Below are positions 17,234 through 26,499 of a stretch of DNA of 39,821 bases, in pieces. The position numbers and the translations under genes were made by a program. Below the pieces are notes generated by a model, which did no database searches, was not told where the DNA came from, and saw nothing but the letters and a program-made list of their open reading frames with translations. The DNA comes from Polyangia bacterium (GTDB lineage: Bacteria > Myxococcota_A > Polyangia > Palsa-1104 > JAEUJZ01), in assembly GCA_038231615.1 (NCBI GenBank), contig JBBRLA010000001.1, positions 1 through 39,821 of the forward strand, written 5' to 3'. Within the stretch, counting starts at the first letter, position 1. Every line of letters begins with the position of its first letter.

Positions 17234-17318
17234 GGTGGCTGCGAGTGCCCGGTCCGTCGACTACCGTTGCTCCGTTCCCGGTCTGGCGGGGTTCATCAAC
17301 TTTTCGTCACTCGCAGCC
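17234..17318 (-). ncRNA. ffs: Small (4.5S-type) signal recognition particle RNA
   Basis: The minus strand reads GGCUGCGAGUG...CCAGACCGGGAACGGAGCAACGGUAG...CACUCGCAGCC(ACC). A long terminal helix closes a domain-IV-like core with a GGAA tetraloop and an AGCA motif. Its position directly upstream of dnaX is as in many bacteria. The ends are approximate. Confidence 0.75.
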
Positions 17319-17331
17319 ATAAAGAAAACTG

Positions 17332-17380
17332 AGCGCCGGAGGCGCCGCGGTCCATGCTAAGCGCCGGAGGCGCCGCGGTC
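17332..17380. repeat. Two further copies of the 21-bp core agcgccggaggcgccgcggtc
   Basis: The copies at 17332-17352 and 17360-17380 are identical to the core of the 17119-17217 array. They lie between the SRP RNA and tRNA-Ser(GGA). Confidence 0.9.
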
Positions 17381-17388
17381 AATTGTTG

Positions 17389-17473
<85 letters not shown>

Positions 17474-17490
17474 TGGTAAAAGGTCAGTAG

Positions 17491-17579
17491 CGGAGAGAGA
17501 GGGATTCGAACCCCCGGTACCCTTGCGGGTACACCTGATTTCGAGTCAGGCGCAATCGACCAGGCTCTGCCATCTCTCC
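17491..17579 (-). tRNA. tRNA-Ser (anticodon CGA)
   Basis: GGAGAGATGGCAGAGCCTGG...CCTGA-CUCGAAA-TCAGG...variable arm GTACCCGCAAGGGTAC...GGTTCGAATCC...TCTCTCCG. 89 nt. Confidence 0.9.
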
Positions 17580-17625
17580 ATTAGGGGGGACGTTCCCGTC
17601 CGCGAAAGGCGAAGGCGAGCACGAA

Positions 17626-18060
17626 CTACTTTGCTCGTAGGTTTTCAAAGAACCGGGTCAGGAGGGCGCCGCACTCTGCGGCCAGCACCCCGGGAACGAC
17701 CTGAATTCGGTGGTTCAGTCTGCCATCATCGGCCAAACGGTACAAGGTCCGCACCGCTCCTGCCTTCGGATTGTCGCATCCATAAACCAGCCGATCGACC
17801 CGGGCGTTCACCAGGGCCCCGGCGCACATCGGGCAGGGCTCCTGAGTCACATAAACCATCACATCGCAGAGCCGCCAGGAGTCCAATCGCGCGGCCGCTT
17901 GCCGGATCGCCAGGATCTCGGCGTGGGCCGTCGGGTCCTGGTTTGACTCACGACGGTTTCCCGCCGCGCCGATCACCTCGCCCCGCCAGATTGCCACGGC
18001 CCCCACCGGGACTTCCCCATGCATCGCGGCCTGGGCGGCCTCGGACAGGGCCAGTCGCAT
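17626..18060 (-). CDS. tadA: tRNA-specific adenosine-34 deaminase TadA
   Basis: GEVPVGAVAI...HAEILAIRQAA...VYVTQEPCPMCAGAL carries the HAE and PCxxC zinc motifs of the CDA/TadA family. 144 aa. Confidence 0.9.
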   Translation of the reverse strand: MRLALSEAAQAAMHGEVPVGAVAIWRGEVIGAAGNRRESNQDPTAHAEILAIRQAAARLDSWRLCDVMVYVTQEPCPMCAGALVNARVDRLVYGCDNPKAGAVRTLYRLADDGRLNHRIQVVPGVLAAECGALLTRFFENLRAK

Positions 18061-18146
18061 GCAGCGAACGTCTCTACAGCTACCGGCGGTGTCGCTCTTG
18101 TCGTTTGGGGCGTCGATTGTCGTGCTGCTCGTCTTACCTATATGGG

Positions 18147-18220
18147 CGCGGCCAGAAGGATTCGAACCTCCGACCCTCGGTTCCGTAGACCGATGCTCTA
18201 TCCAGCTGAGCTATGGCCGC
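18147..18220 (-). tRNA. tRNA-Arg (anticodon ACG)
   Basis: GCGGCCATAGCTCAGCTGGATAGAGCA-TCGGT-CUACGGA-ACCGA-GGGTC-GGAGGTTCGAATCCTTC-TGGCCGCG. 74 nt. Confidence 0.9.
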
Positions 18221-18319
18221 TCACATGATTCTTGGTCCGGTCAGTACAAGGTCACTTGTTCGAGCAAGGAACGCTACCCGTTTTTCAAAACTCGTCAAGC
18301 CCGATTCAGGCTTCAGTCG

Positions 18320-18409
18320 CGGAGAGAGAGGGATTCGAACCCTCGGTACCGTTTTTGACAGTACACTCGCTTAGCAAGCGAGCACCTTCGGCCACTCGGT
18401 CATCTCTCC
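18320..18409 (-). tRNA. tRNA-Ser (anticodon GCU)
   Basis: GGAGAGATGACCGAGTGGCCGAAGGTG-CTCGC-UUGCUAA-GCGAG...long variable arm...GGTTCGAATCC...TCTCTCCG. 90 nt. Confidence 0.9.
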
Positions 18410-18482
18410 AGGCGAACCTTCCGGGGGCCGCATGACCCCGGAAGTCTCCATCCATCGCACGCTCTTTGATTTTCACACCCAG

Positions 18483-18565
<83 letters not shown>

Positions 18566-18594
18566 CTGAAATCGATAGCAGGAGGTGGACGGGA

Positions 18595-18623
18595 GATTTA
18601 GCGCGTCCTTTTTAAGTATGCAA
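18595..18623 (-). promoter_or_regulatory. Candidate sigma70-type promoter for the tRNA/tadA cluster
   Basis: The minus strand reads TTGCAT-N17-TAAATC about 30 nt upstream of the tRNA-Ser(UGA) 5' end. This rests on motif matching by eye only. Confidence 0.3.
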
Positions 18624-18680
18624 GCACAAAGTATCGTCACGTCCCTGCCGTTCATCATCGCGTCGGAAAATTCCGGCCCA

Positions 18681-18689
18681 TGGTATACT
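18681..18689 (+). promoter_or_regulatory. Candidate extended -10 element (TGGTATACT) upstream of the 18704 gene
   Basis: tggtatact matches TGnTATAAT-like extended -10 elements. I see no good -35. It would give a very short leader before the ATG at 18704. Confidence 0.2.
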
Positions 18690-18703
18690 GAGAGTTCCTA
18701 CCT

Positions 18704-21700
18704 ATGAAGATCGTCTGCCAGAAGTGCACCGCTCCGTACGAGGTCCAAGAAGACCTCATTCCGCCATCCGGCCTCATGATGCGCTGCCCAGCGTGCCTGC
18801 ACACCTTCCCGGTGAAGCCGCCCGCTGGTAGGCCCAGGGAGCCCCTGTCTCTGGACCATGGAGAAGATGAATTCACCCCTCCGGGGGCCCGCGCCGCTGC
18901 CTCGCCCGCGCCCGCTGCCAGCAGTCCGCCCCGGGCGTCCCTGGCCATTCCCCCGGCCGGCGGCATGGTCAGCCCGGTGCGGCCCTCGGTGCACGACACC
19001 GCCCACGACGCCGAGCTGCCCGCCCCCAAGCAACGGGCCCCGGGCACCCGCCTCCCGGGTACCCCCGACCCCGGCAGACGAACCGAGGCCGCCGATCTCC
19101 CCGCCCCCAAGCGCGCGGTCCCTTCAAAGACCCCCGCCCCCCCGAGGGAAGCAGGCGCCCCGCCCTCGATCGGGGTGCCCCCGCCGCCCCGCGATGCGCC
19201 GGTGGTGAGCACCGGGGGCCGCCCCTCGGCCCCCCTGTCCATCCCCCCGAACCTTGCGGACCTCGCCGGGCCCCTGGGTCTGGAGCCCGCCGCCGATCTC
19301 CCCGCCCCGGTGGGTCGGCGCTCGGCCCGGTCCAACATCCCGGCCGATCTCCCCGCCCCGGTGGGCCGTCCCCGCACCGGCGTGACCAACCTGCCGGCCC
19401 CGGTGGGGAGCGCGGGTCGCCATCGCCCATCCGCCGTCCCCCCATTCAGCCCCCCCGCATCCGCCGCCCCCCCGTCCGCCGCCGTCGACAGCGGCCCCGA
19501 AATGATGGAGCTGGACCTGGCCCTAAAGGAACCCGCGGAGCTGCCCGTCCCCGTCGAGGCGCACCTCCCGGCCCCGGTCGAGGCCGAGCTTTTGGCGCCG
19601 GTGAACGCCGAGCTTTTGGCGCCGGTGAACGCCGACCTTCTGACTCCGGTCATGCCCGATCTCGTGGATACTCTTGAAGGGGGGCGCGGCGGCGGTCTAT
19701 CCCCGGACCTGGGCCTGGACGATGGACTCGGCATGGAGCTGGACGATCTGCCGCCGCCGCCGCCACGTTCCGGTAGCGCGCAGCGGAGCGGAGCGCCGTT
19801 CGGCCAGGCAGTCGGCAGCGTCCCGCCCACCCTGGACACCGTCAGCTCGGTGCCGCAGAAGGGGTCGTCCCCTGAACTGGCCCTGGACCTGGACCAAGAC
19901 GCCCCCCGGCCCGGCGGCCTGGCCTCGCGGATAAGCCGCTCCGCCGTCCCGGTGGGCCCGTCCCTGCGCGGCGAGTCCGGCCCCCTTTCGCGACGATCCG
20001 GTGCAGCGCCCCCGCGCAGGGCATCCTACATCGAGCCCTCCGACGAGGTGGCCAACGAGCTGACCCAGCCGATCCCCCAGGAGATTCGCGAGAGCATCCC
20101 ATCCCCCGCCGGGCCGGTGGACCATGACGCCGAGCTGGAGGCGCAGGTCCTGGCCCTTTCGGGCGACCCCGGTCCGCAGGAGCACGACGAGTTCGCCGAG
20201 CTGGGTATCGGCCCGGAATCCGAAGGCCCCGAAAGCCCCGAGGTCCGCGAGCTGGACGACGACGCCCTGGCCGTCCCGGCGGTGGCCGCCCCCCTCCCCG
20301 AGCCTGCGAAGCACCCCCCTCGCTCGCGCAAGAAGTTGATTTTCTTTGGCGCGGTCGGCGCGGCGGTCCTTCTGGTCGGGTCCGTGAGCTACTTCTATTT
20401 CTTCGCCCACAGGCGTTCCACCGGCGACGCGGCCGACTTCAACCGGGCCCAGCTCCTGCTGGGCGATGAGATGCTCCCTTCGTATCGCAAGGCGGCCGAC
20501 CGCTTCCACTCGCTGGTGAGCAAAAAACCCGAAGACGAGGACGCCCTGGGCATGGAGGCCCTGGCCCGCCTGTCACTGGCCCGCTATGGCATCGCCGCCG
20601 AACAGCGCACTGGCGAGGAGCGTCTGAACCAGGTCGGCAAGGACCACAAGACGCCGTCCGTGCAGGAGGCCCGCGCCCTGCGGGACCTTTTGGCCAACAA
20701 GACCGCCGATGCCAGAAAGACCCTTGAACCGCTGGTGCAAAGCGCCTCCGCGCGCAAGGACTTCCTGGCCCCGGTCTACCTGGGCTGGGTCGAGCTGCGC
20801 GCCGGCAAGTCGGCGGCGGCGGAGAAAGCCTTTCGCATTTCGCTGCGCATCTCGCCCCAGCTACCGGCGGCGCTGTACGGCATCGCCCAGGTCCACGAGC
20901 GTGAGGGCGACCGCGAGACCGCCCTCGCCGACTATGGCAAGGTCCTGAAGGCCCGGCCGGCCCACTTCGGCGCGGCCCTGGGTCAGGTGCGCACCGGCCC
21001 CGGGTCGCTGGACGAGGCCAAGCTGACCGACGTCATCAACAAGGGCAAGGCCTCGGCGTCCCCCAGGGAGTTGGGCGACGCCTGGACCCAGCTTGGCGCC
21101 CTGGCCCTATCCGGGGGCGGCTCCCGCCGGGCAGAGGCCGAGGATCGTTTCCGCAAGGCGCTGGCCGCCGACCCGGCCCAGACCGTGGCACAGGTCGGCC
21201 TGGCCAGCATGCTCTGCGACAAGGACCGGTACCAGGAGGCCAGCGAGCTGGCCCAAAAGGCCGTCAAGAACGAGCCGGCCAACGTCGAGGCCTGGCTGGT
21301 CATGGCGCGGGCGCTCCTGGGACTGAAGAAACCCCTGGACGCCGGCGCGCCTCTGTTGCAGTTGGTCAAGCTGGCCCCCAAGGACGCCCGGGTGCACTAC
21401 TGGCAGGGGCGCCGCGAGGAGGACTCCGCTGCCCCGGACAGCGATTCCAAGGCCGCGGTGGACTACCAGAAGGCGCTGGAACTGAACCCGCGCTACCTCG
21501 ACGCCTACATCGCCCTGTCCCGGGTGCTGGCGCGGCAGAACAAGACCACCGACGCCATGGCCGCCCTCAAGCAGGCCGCGGAGCAGACCCAGGACGATCC
21601 CGACATGGCCAACTCCCTGGGCGAGGCCTACCTGGCGGTCAACGAGAACGACAAGGCCGAGGAGGCCTTCCGCCTGGCCCTGCGCAAGAAGCCGTCGCTC

Positions 21701-22729
21701 CTGCGGGCCCGGATGAACCTGGGCCTGGCCCTGCTTCACAAGGACCGCCTGGAGGCCGCCGCCGAGGCGCTGGCCCTGGTCGCGTCGGCGGACAAGGACT
21801 ACCCCGGCCTGTCCGAGCGCCGCGCCGAGGTGCTCCTGCGTCAGGGCAAGTACCCCGAGGCCGAGAAGATGTACCTGCAGGCGGCGGCCCAGCCGGGCTC
21901 CAGCGAGCAACTGCGCATCGACGCCGCGGCGTGCGTGCTTTCCAGCCGCCCCAAAGAGGCCGAGGCGATCCTCGAGAAGGTCCTTGTCGAGGACCCCCGC
22001 TCCGCCAGGGCCCACGCAATGATGGCCTCGCTCAAACTGGCTGAGAACAACCTGGCCGAGGCCGCCACCCACGGCGACGTCGCCTACCGGGCCGGAGACC
22101 AGACCGAAGTGATGCTGGTGCGGGCGAAGATCCTTTTGGCCCAGAACCGCCGGGTCGAGGGCCTGGCCGCCCTGGTCGCGGCCAAGAAGCCCCCCTTTGA
22201 GGGCCAGGCCATGGCCCTCCATGCCCAGCAGATCGTGAACAGCTCGCCCAAGGACGCGCTGGCCGAGGTCACCGATCTGCTCGCCCGGCAGAAGACGCTC
22301 TTCGCCGACCGCGCCGTCTACCGCCCCGGCGACATCGCCGAGATCCTGGGCGGGGCGTATCTGATCAAGGGGCAGATCTGCACCCTGAACCAGCAAGACG
22401 CCGAGGCCCTTTTGGCTTTCGAGGCGGCGGTGCGCGAGCTGCCGAAATCAGGCGAGGCGGCCTTCCAGTACGGGCGGGCCCTGTACCAGGCCGGCAAACG
22501 CCCCGCGGCCAACCAACAGCTCCTGCGGGCCCTTTCTCTGGGCGGCGACAAGGCCGCTTATGCTCTTGAAACTTATCTCTTGCTGGGCGATAGCTACCGG
22601 GAGATGCATAAGAAGGCGGAAGCGCTGCGGGCCTACCATCAGTGGATCATCCTGGCGCCGGCGACCGCCCCGGAGAAGAAGGAAGTCGATCGGTACCTGC
22701 GCCTGCTGGAGGACGCCCACACCAGATGA
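18704..22729 (+). CDS. Large zinc-ribbon / Pro-rich repeat / TM / TPR-repeat protein
   Basis: The N-terminus MKIVCQKCTAPYEVQEDLIPPSGLMMRCPACLHTFPV is a CxxC...CxxC zinc ribbon. It is followed by (A)DLPAPV/K and LLAPVNAE repeats, the TM segment LIFFGAVGAAVLLVGSVSYFYFF, then about 800 aa of TPR-like repeats. Confidence 0.85.
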   Translation: MKIVCQKCTAPYEVQEDLIPPSGLMMRCPACLHTFPVKPPAGRPREPLSLDHGEDEFTPPGARAAASPAPAASSPPRASLAIPPAGGMVSPVRPSVHDTAHDAELPAPKQRAPGTRLPGTPDPGRRTEAADLPAPKRAVPSKTPAPPREAGAPPSIGVPPPPRDAPVVSTGGRPSAPLSIPPNLADLAGPLGLEPAADLPAPVGRRSARSNIPADLPAPVGRPRTGVTNLPAPVGSAGRHRPSAVPPFSPPASAAPPSAAVDSGPEMMELDLALKEPAELPVPVEAHLPAPVEAELLAPVNAELLAPVNADLLTPVMPDLVDTLEGGRGGGLSPDLGLDDGLGMELDDLPPPPPRSGSAQRSGAPFGQAVGSVPPTLDTVSSVPQKGSSPELALDLDQDAPRPGGLASRISRSAVPVGPSLRGESGPLSRRSGAAPPRRASYIEPSDEVANELTQPIPQEIRESIPSPAGPVDHDAELEAQVLALSGDPGPQEHDEFAELGIGPESEGPESPEVRELDDDALAVPAVAAPLPEPAKHPPRSRKKLIFFGAVGAAVLLVGSVSYFYFFAHRRSTGDAADFNRAQLLLGDEMLPSYRKAADRFHSLVSKKPEDEDALGMEALARLSLARYGIAAEQRTGEERLNQVGKDHKTPSVQEARALRDLLANKTADARKTLEPLVQSASARKDFLAPVYLGWVELRAGKSAAAEKAFRISLRISPQLPAALYGIAQVHEREGDRETALADYGKVLKARPAHFGAALGQVRTGPGSLDEAKLTDVINKGKASASPRELGDAWTQLGALALSGGGSRRAEAEDRFRKALAADPAQTVAQVGLASMLCDKDRYQEASELAQKAVKNEPANVEAWLVMARALLGLKKPLDAGAPLLQLVKLAPKDARVHYWQGRREEDSAAPDSDSKAAVDYQKALELNPRYLDAYIALSRVLARQNKTTDAMAALKQAAEQTQDDPDMANSLGEAYLAVNENDKAEEAFRLALRKKPSLLRARMNLGLALLHKDRLEAAAEALALVASADKDYPGLSERRAEVLLRQGKYPEAEKMYLQAAAQPGSSEQLRIDAAACVLSSRPKEAEAILEKVLVEDPRSARAHAMMASLKLAENNLAEAATHGDVAYRAGDQTEVMLVRAKILLAQNRRVEGLAALVAAKKPPFEGQAMALHAQQIVNSSPKDALAEVTDLLARQKTLFADRAVYRPGDIAEILGGAYLIKGQICTLNQQDAEALLAFEAAVRELPKSGEAAFQYGRALYQAGKRPAANQQLLRALSLGGDKAAYALETYLLLGDSYREMHKKAEALRAYHQWIILAPATAPEKKEVDRYLRLLEDAHTR

Positions 22730-24423
22730 CCCTCGCTTTTTCCCCTGCCCCCCTAGCCCGGACGGCGCTGGAGCTGCTCGGCATCGGGCGGCGTTTTCTG
22801 TCGCAAAGCCAGATCTACCGCGACCTTCACCCCGGGGCGCTCGCCCGGCTGGCGGCGCAGGCGGCGCGCGGCCTGCGCGGGCCCATGGCGGTGGTCCGGC
22901 TGCATGCCTTCGCCGCTCCGGAGCGGCCGGCGATGGTCTCGGAGACCGTGCGCCTGACCTATGGGGAGTTCGACGCCCGGGTGAACCGCCTGGCCCGGGG
23001 CCTCCTGGGGCTGGGCATCGGTCCCAAGGACCGCGTCGGCCTGCTTCTGGACAATGGCCACGAGTTCATCGAGTCCGCCGGGGCCCTGGGCTACCTGGGC
23101 GCCACCGCGGTGCAGATCGGCTACCGCCTGAAGCCACAGGAGGTGGCGTACATCCTTTCCCATTCTGGGGCCAAGGGGCTGATCTTCCACGCCGCTCATG
23201 AAGCGACCGTCCGGGAGGCCCTGCACATCGTGGGCGGGCCACCCTTGCGGGCCTGCCTGGTGGCCGGCGGCGATGCTCCGGGCTGCTCGCTTTACGAGGA
23301 CCTGGCACAGCGCGGCGATGGGCGCGACCCCCCCTACCCGCGGGATGGGGGCTACGCCTCGATGATGCTCTACACCTCGGGGACCACCGGCAAAAGCAAG
23401 GGGGCGCGGCGGGACCTGCGGGACACTCAGTTTGCCAGCATCGTGGCCATGCTGGCCGACCTGCCCCTTTATCGCGACGATCGCCACCTGGTCCTGTGCC
23501 CCCTGTACCACGCCGCGGCCCCGGCCTTCACCGCCTTCGTCTTCGCCGTGGGCGGCTGCGTGGTCATCCCGCGGCACTTCGAGGCCGAAAAGGTCCCCGC
23601 GCTGATCGAGCGTGAGCGCATCACCTCGTCGGTGATGGTGCCGACGATGATGCGCCGCCTGCTGGAACTGCCGAAGGCCGACCTGGCCCGCCACGACCTG
23701 TCCTCGCTGCGCTGGCTGATGAGCGTGGCCGCGCCGCTGCCCACCGATCTGGCCCGCAAGGTCGAAGAGCGCCTGGGGCCGATCCTTTACAACATGTACG
23801 GCGCCACCGAGACCGGCCTGGTGACCCTGGCCCGGCCGGGGGAGCACACCGCCCGTCCCGGGACCATCGGCAAGCGCATCTTCGGCAACGACATCCGCCT
23901 CCTTGGCGCCGACGGCCATCAGGTCAAGGTCGGCGAGGTTGGCGAGATGTACGTGAAGAACGGCACCCTGGTGACCGGCTATCACGACGACCAGAAGGCC
24001 ACCTCCGCGGCGCAGCGGGACGGTTACTTCACCGTGGGCGACCTGGCCTTTCAGGACGCGGACGGCTACTACTACCTGGCCGACCGCAAGAGCGACATGG
24101 TGATCTCCGCCGGGGTGAACATCTACCCCCTGGAGATCGAACAGCGCCTGCACGACCACCCACAGGTGGCCGACTGCGCGGTGGTGGGCGTGCCCGACCC
24201 CGAGTGGGGCGAGTCCCTGGTCGCCTTCGTGGTGCTGTCCCGGGGGCAAGAGGGGGAGGCCGGTCCCGAACTGGCCGCCGAGCTGCGGGCCTTCGTCGCC
24301 AGGGAGCTGGCCGACTACAAGCGCCCGCGGCGCATCGAGTTCGTCGACTCCATCCCCAGAAACCCCACCGGCAAGATCCTCAAGCGCGAGCTGCGGCAGC
24401 GGGTGGCGCAGCCGGCGCCGTGA
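22726..24423 (+). CDS. AMP-dependent acyl-CoA synthetase/ligase
   Basis: YTSGTTGKSKG (AMP-binding motif), YGATETG, GDLAFQDADGYYYLADRKSDMVISAGVNIYPLEIE, and PRNPTGKILKREL. Start ATG at 22726 overlaps the upstream stop (ATGA), inside ORF 22642..24423. Confidence 0.9.
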   Translation: MTLAFSPAPLARTALELLGIGRRFLSQSQIYRDLHPGALARLAAQAARGLRGPMAVVRLHAFAAPERPAMVSETVRLTYGEFDARVNRLARGLLGLGIGPKDRVGLLLDNGHEFIESAGALGYLGATAVQIGYRLKPQEVAYILSHSGAKGLIFHAAHEATVREALHIVGGPPLRACLVAGGDAPGCSLYEDLAQRGDGRDPPYPRDGGYASMMLYTSGTTGKSKGARRDLRDTQFASIVAMLADLPLYRDDRHLVLCPLYHAAAPAFTAFVFAVGGCVVIPRHFEAEKVPALIERERITSSVMVPTMMRRLLELPKADLARHDLSSLRWLMSVAAPLPTDLARKVEERLGPILYNMYGATETGLVTLARPGEHTARPGTIGKRIFGNDIRLLGADGHQVKVGEVGEMYVKNGTLVTGYHDDQKATSAAQRDGYFTVGDLAFQDADGYYYLADRKSDMVISAGVNIYPLEIEQRLHDHPQVADCAVVGVPDPEWGESLVAFVVLSRGQEGEAGPELAAELRAFVARELADYKRPRRIEFVDSIPRNPTGKILKRELRQRVAQPAP

Positions 24424-26468
24424 CCCCGCACCACGTCATCGGGACCGCCGGGCACATCGATCACGGCAAGACCCGCCTGGTGAAGGCGCTGACCGGGATC
24501 GACACCGACCGGCTGAAGGAAGAAAAGGAACGCGGCATCACCATCGAGCTGGGTTTTGCTCACCTGTTGCTGCCGCGCCACGGGACCGTGGGGGTGGTGG
24601 ACGTGCCGGGCCACGAGCGCTTCGTGCGCACCATGGTGGCCGGGGCGGTGGGCATCGACCTGGTGGTGCTGGTGGTGGCGGCGGACGAGGGGGTGATGCC
24701 GCAGACCCGGGAGCACCTGGACATCTGCGGGCTGCTCGATGTGCGCCGCGGGCTGGTGGCGCTGACCAAGTGCGATCGGGTCGAGCCCGAGATGCAGGAG
24801 CTGGCCACCCTGGACGTACGGGACGCCCTGCGCGGGACGTTCCTGGAAAACGCCCCCATCGTGCCCTGCTCGGCTACGACGGGCGCGGGACTGCCCGAGC
24901 TGCGCGCTGCCATCGACGCTCTTTTGGCCGAGGTGCCGGGGAAGGACGCCACGGGACTTCTGCGCCTGCCGGTGGATCGGGTGTTCACCATCAAGGGGTT
25001 CGGCACGGTGGCCACTGGCACGCTCTTCGCGGGGCAGCTTCAGATCGGCGACGAGCTTTGCGGGCTGCCCGGCCCAAAAGGGGCGGCCGGGGCCCCGGCC
25101 AAGGTGCGCGGCCTGCACGTGCACGGACAGGCGGTGGAGACCGCGGTGGCCGGGCAGCGCACCGCGGTGAACCTGAACCTCCCCCGGGAGGGCCTTTTGC
25201 GGGGCGAGACCCTGGTGCGCCCGGGGAGCATCTGGGCCGGGCATCTGCTGGACGTGCGGCTGCACCTTCTGCCGGTGGCGCGGGCGGCGCTGCCCCGGCG
25301 GTCGCGGGTGCTCCTGCACGCCGGGACGGCGCAGCGGCTGGCGGGCATCGTACTGCTCGATGGAGGCGAACTCTTGCCTGGGGGGACCGCCCTGGCACAG
25401 GTGCATTTGAACCAGCCGCTGGTGGCGCAGCCGGGGGACCGTTTCATCCTGCGCGGCTTCGCCATGCAAAAGAACCACGGGACCACCCTGGGTGGCGGGG
25501 TGGTGCTGCGCACCTTGGGAGCGCGGCACCGCCGGGGCAGCAAGGAGCTGCTCAAGACATTGCGGGAGGTGGAGCAGAATTTGACCCAGATCCGCAGCGC
25601 TGGACAGGGCCCAGAGAAAGTGGCAGAGAAATCGGCGGCGGAGCAGGAATTGCTGGCGCTGGAGATCGAGCGCAGCGGGGTGGCCGGGCGGACGTTTTCG
25701 GACCTGCTGATGCGGACGCCGCTGCCGCAGCGCCGGGTCGAGGGGGCGCTGGCGCGGCTGACGTCGGCGCAGCGGGTGGTGTCGATAGGCGGCGGCAGTA
25801 GCGGGGCGCAGGGGTATACGAGCAAAGTCGCGCTCGACTTCGTCAAGCAGGAGGTGCAAAAGGTGGTCGGCGCGCACCACCAGGCGGAGCCGACGGCGCA
25901 GGGCCTGGGGCGCGAGGCGCTGCAACTGCAACTCGGGCCTCTGGGCGGCGAACGGGACAACGTGGGAGAGGGCCGGCCGGTGCTTTGCCCGCCGCGGCTC
26001 CTTTCGCGGGCGCTGGATATTTTGGTGCGGGAGGGGCGGATCGTGGCCGACAAGGAGGTGCTGCGGCTCATTGATCACGACCCGGCGCGGGCGCAGGCCG
26101 AGAAGGGGTTGCTCTCCCTTTCGGAGCGGGCGGCGGGTCTGTATCGGGCGGCGGCGCTCTCGCCCCCGCGGCCGGAGGAGGCGGCCGTGGAGCTTTCGGT
26201 GCCCCTGAAGGCGGTGAAGGAGACGCTGGAGTTGCTGGTGCAGAAGGGGAGGCTCCTGCGGGTGAAGGACCTGTACTTCGATCGGGGCAGCGTGATGGGG
26301 CTGCGCGAGCGTCTGGTGGGGTTCTTGAAGGAGCACAAGGAGATCTCGCCGCAGGGCTGGAAGGACCTGGTTGGGGCGACCCGGAAGTACACCATCCCGC
26401 TGGCAGAGTACTTCGACGCGGAGAAAGTGACCCTGCGAGTGGGCGACCAGCGGCGGCTCCGGGGCTGA
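24420..26468 (+). CDS. selB: Selenocysteine-specific translation elongation factor SelB
   Basis: [50 protein letters not shown] and TKCD form the EF-Tu-like G domain. A long C-terminal extension with repeated winged-helix-like segments follows. GTG at 24420 overlaps the ligase stop (GTGA). Confidence 0.85.
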   Translation: MTPHHVIGTAGHIDHGKTRLVKALTGIDTDRLKEEKERGITIELGFAHLLLPRHGTVGVVDVPGHERFVRTMVAGAVGIDLVVLVVAADEGVMPQTREHLDICGLLDVRRGLVALTKCDRVEPEMQELATLDVRDALRGTFLENAPIVPCSATTGAGLPELRAAIDALLAEVPGKDATGLLRLPVDRVFTIKGFGTVATGTLFAGQLQIGDELCGLPGPKGAAGAPAKVRGLHVHGQAVETAVAGQRTAVNLNLPREGLLRGETLVRPGSIWAGHLLDVRLHLLPVARAALPRRSRVLLHAGTAQRLAGIVLLDGGELLPGGTALAQVHLNQPLVAQPGDRFILRGFAMQKNHGTTLGGGVVLRTLGARHRRGSKELLKTLREVEQNLTQIRSAGQGPEKVAEKSAAEQELLALEIERSGVAGRTFSDLLMRTPLPQRRVEGALARLTSAQRVVSIGGGSSGAQGYTSKVALDFVKQEVQKVVGAHHQAEPTAQGLGREALQLQLGPLGGERDNVGEGRPVLCPPRLLSRALDILVREGRIVADKEVLRLIDHDPARAQAEKGLLSLSERAAGLYRAAALSPPRPEEAAVELSVPLKAVKETLELLVQKGRLLRVKDLYFDRGSVMGLRERLVGFLKEHKEISPQGWKDLVGATRKYTIPLAEYFDAEKVTLRVGDQRRLRG

Positions 26469-26499
26469 GGACCGCCTTGCTCTCGACCATCGGGCGGCG

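Noticed and set aside
15338-17332. A 664-aa plus-strand ORF antisense to dnaX. The same applies to 8369..9673, 11543..13141, 18655..19839, 21107..22396, 22753..24249, 24315..26336, 29394..30386, 30616..31389 and 37707..38798.
   Set aside because: All are antisense or alternative-frame shadows of genes with strong motif evidence. Their composition is typical of GC-driven open frames.
17112-17360. ORFs translating as repeated peptides (LIAKRRRRRGH.. on plus; SNDRGASGASQ.. on minus)
   Set aside because: They are produced by the 33-bp intergenic tandem repeat, and they span the SRP RNA gene. They have no coding signal.
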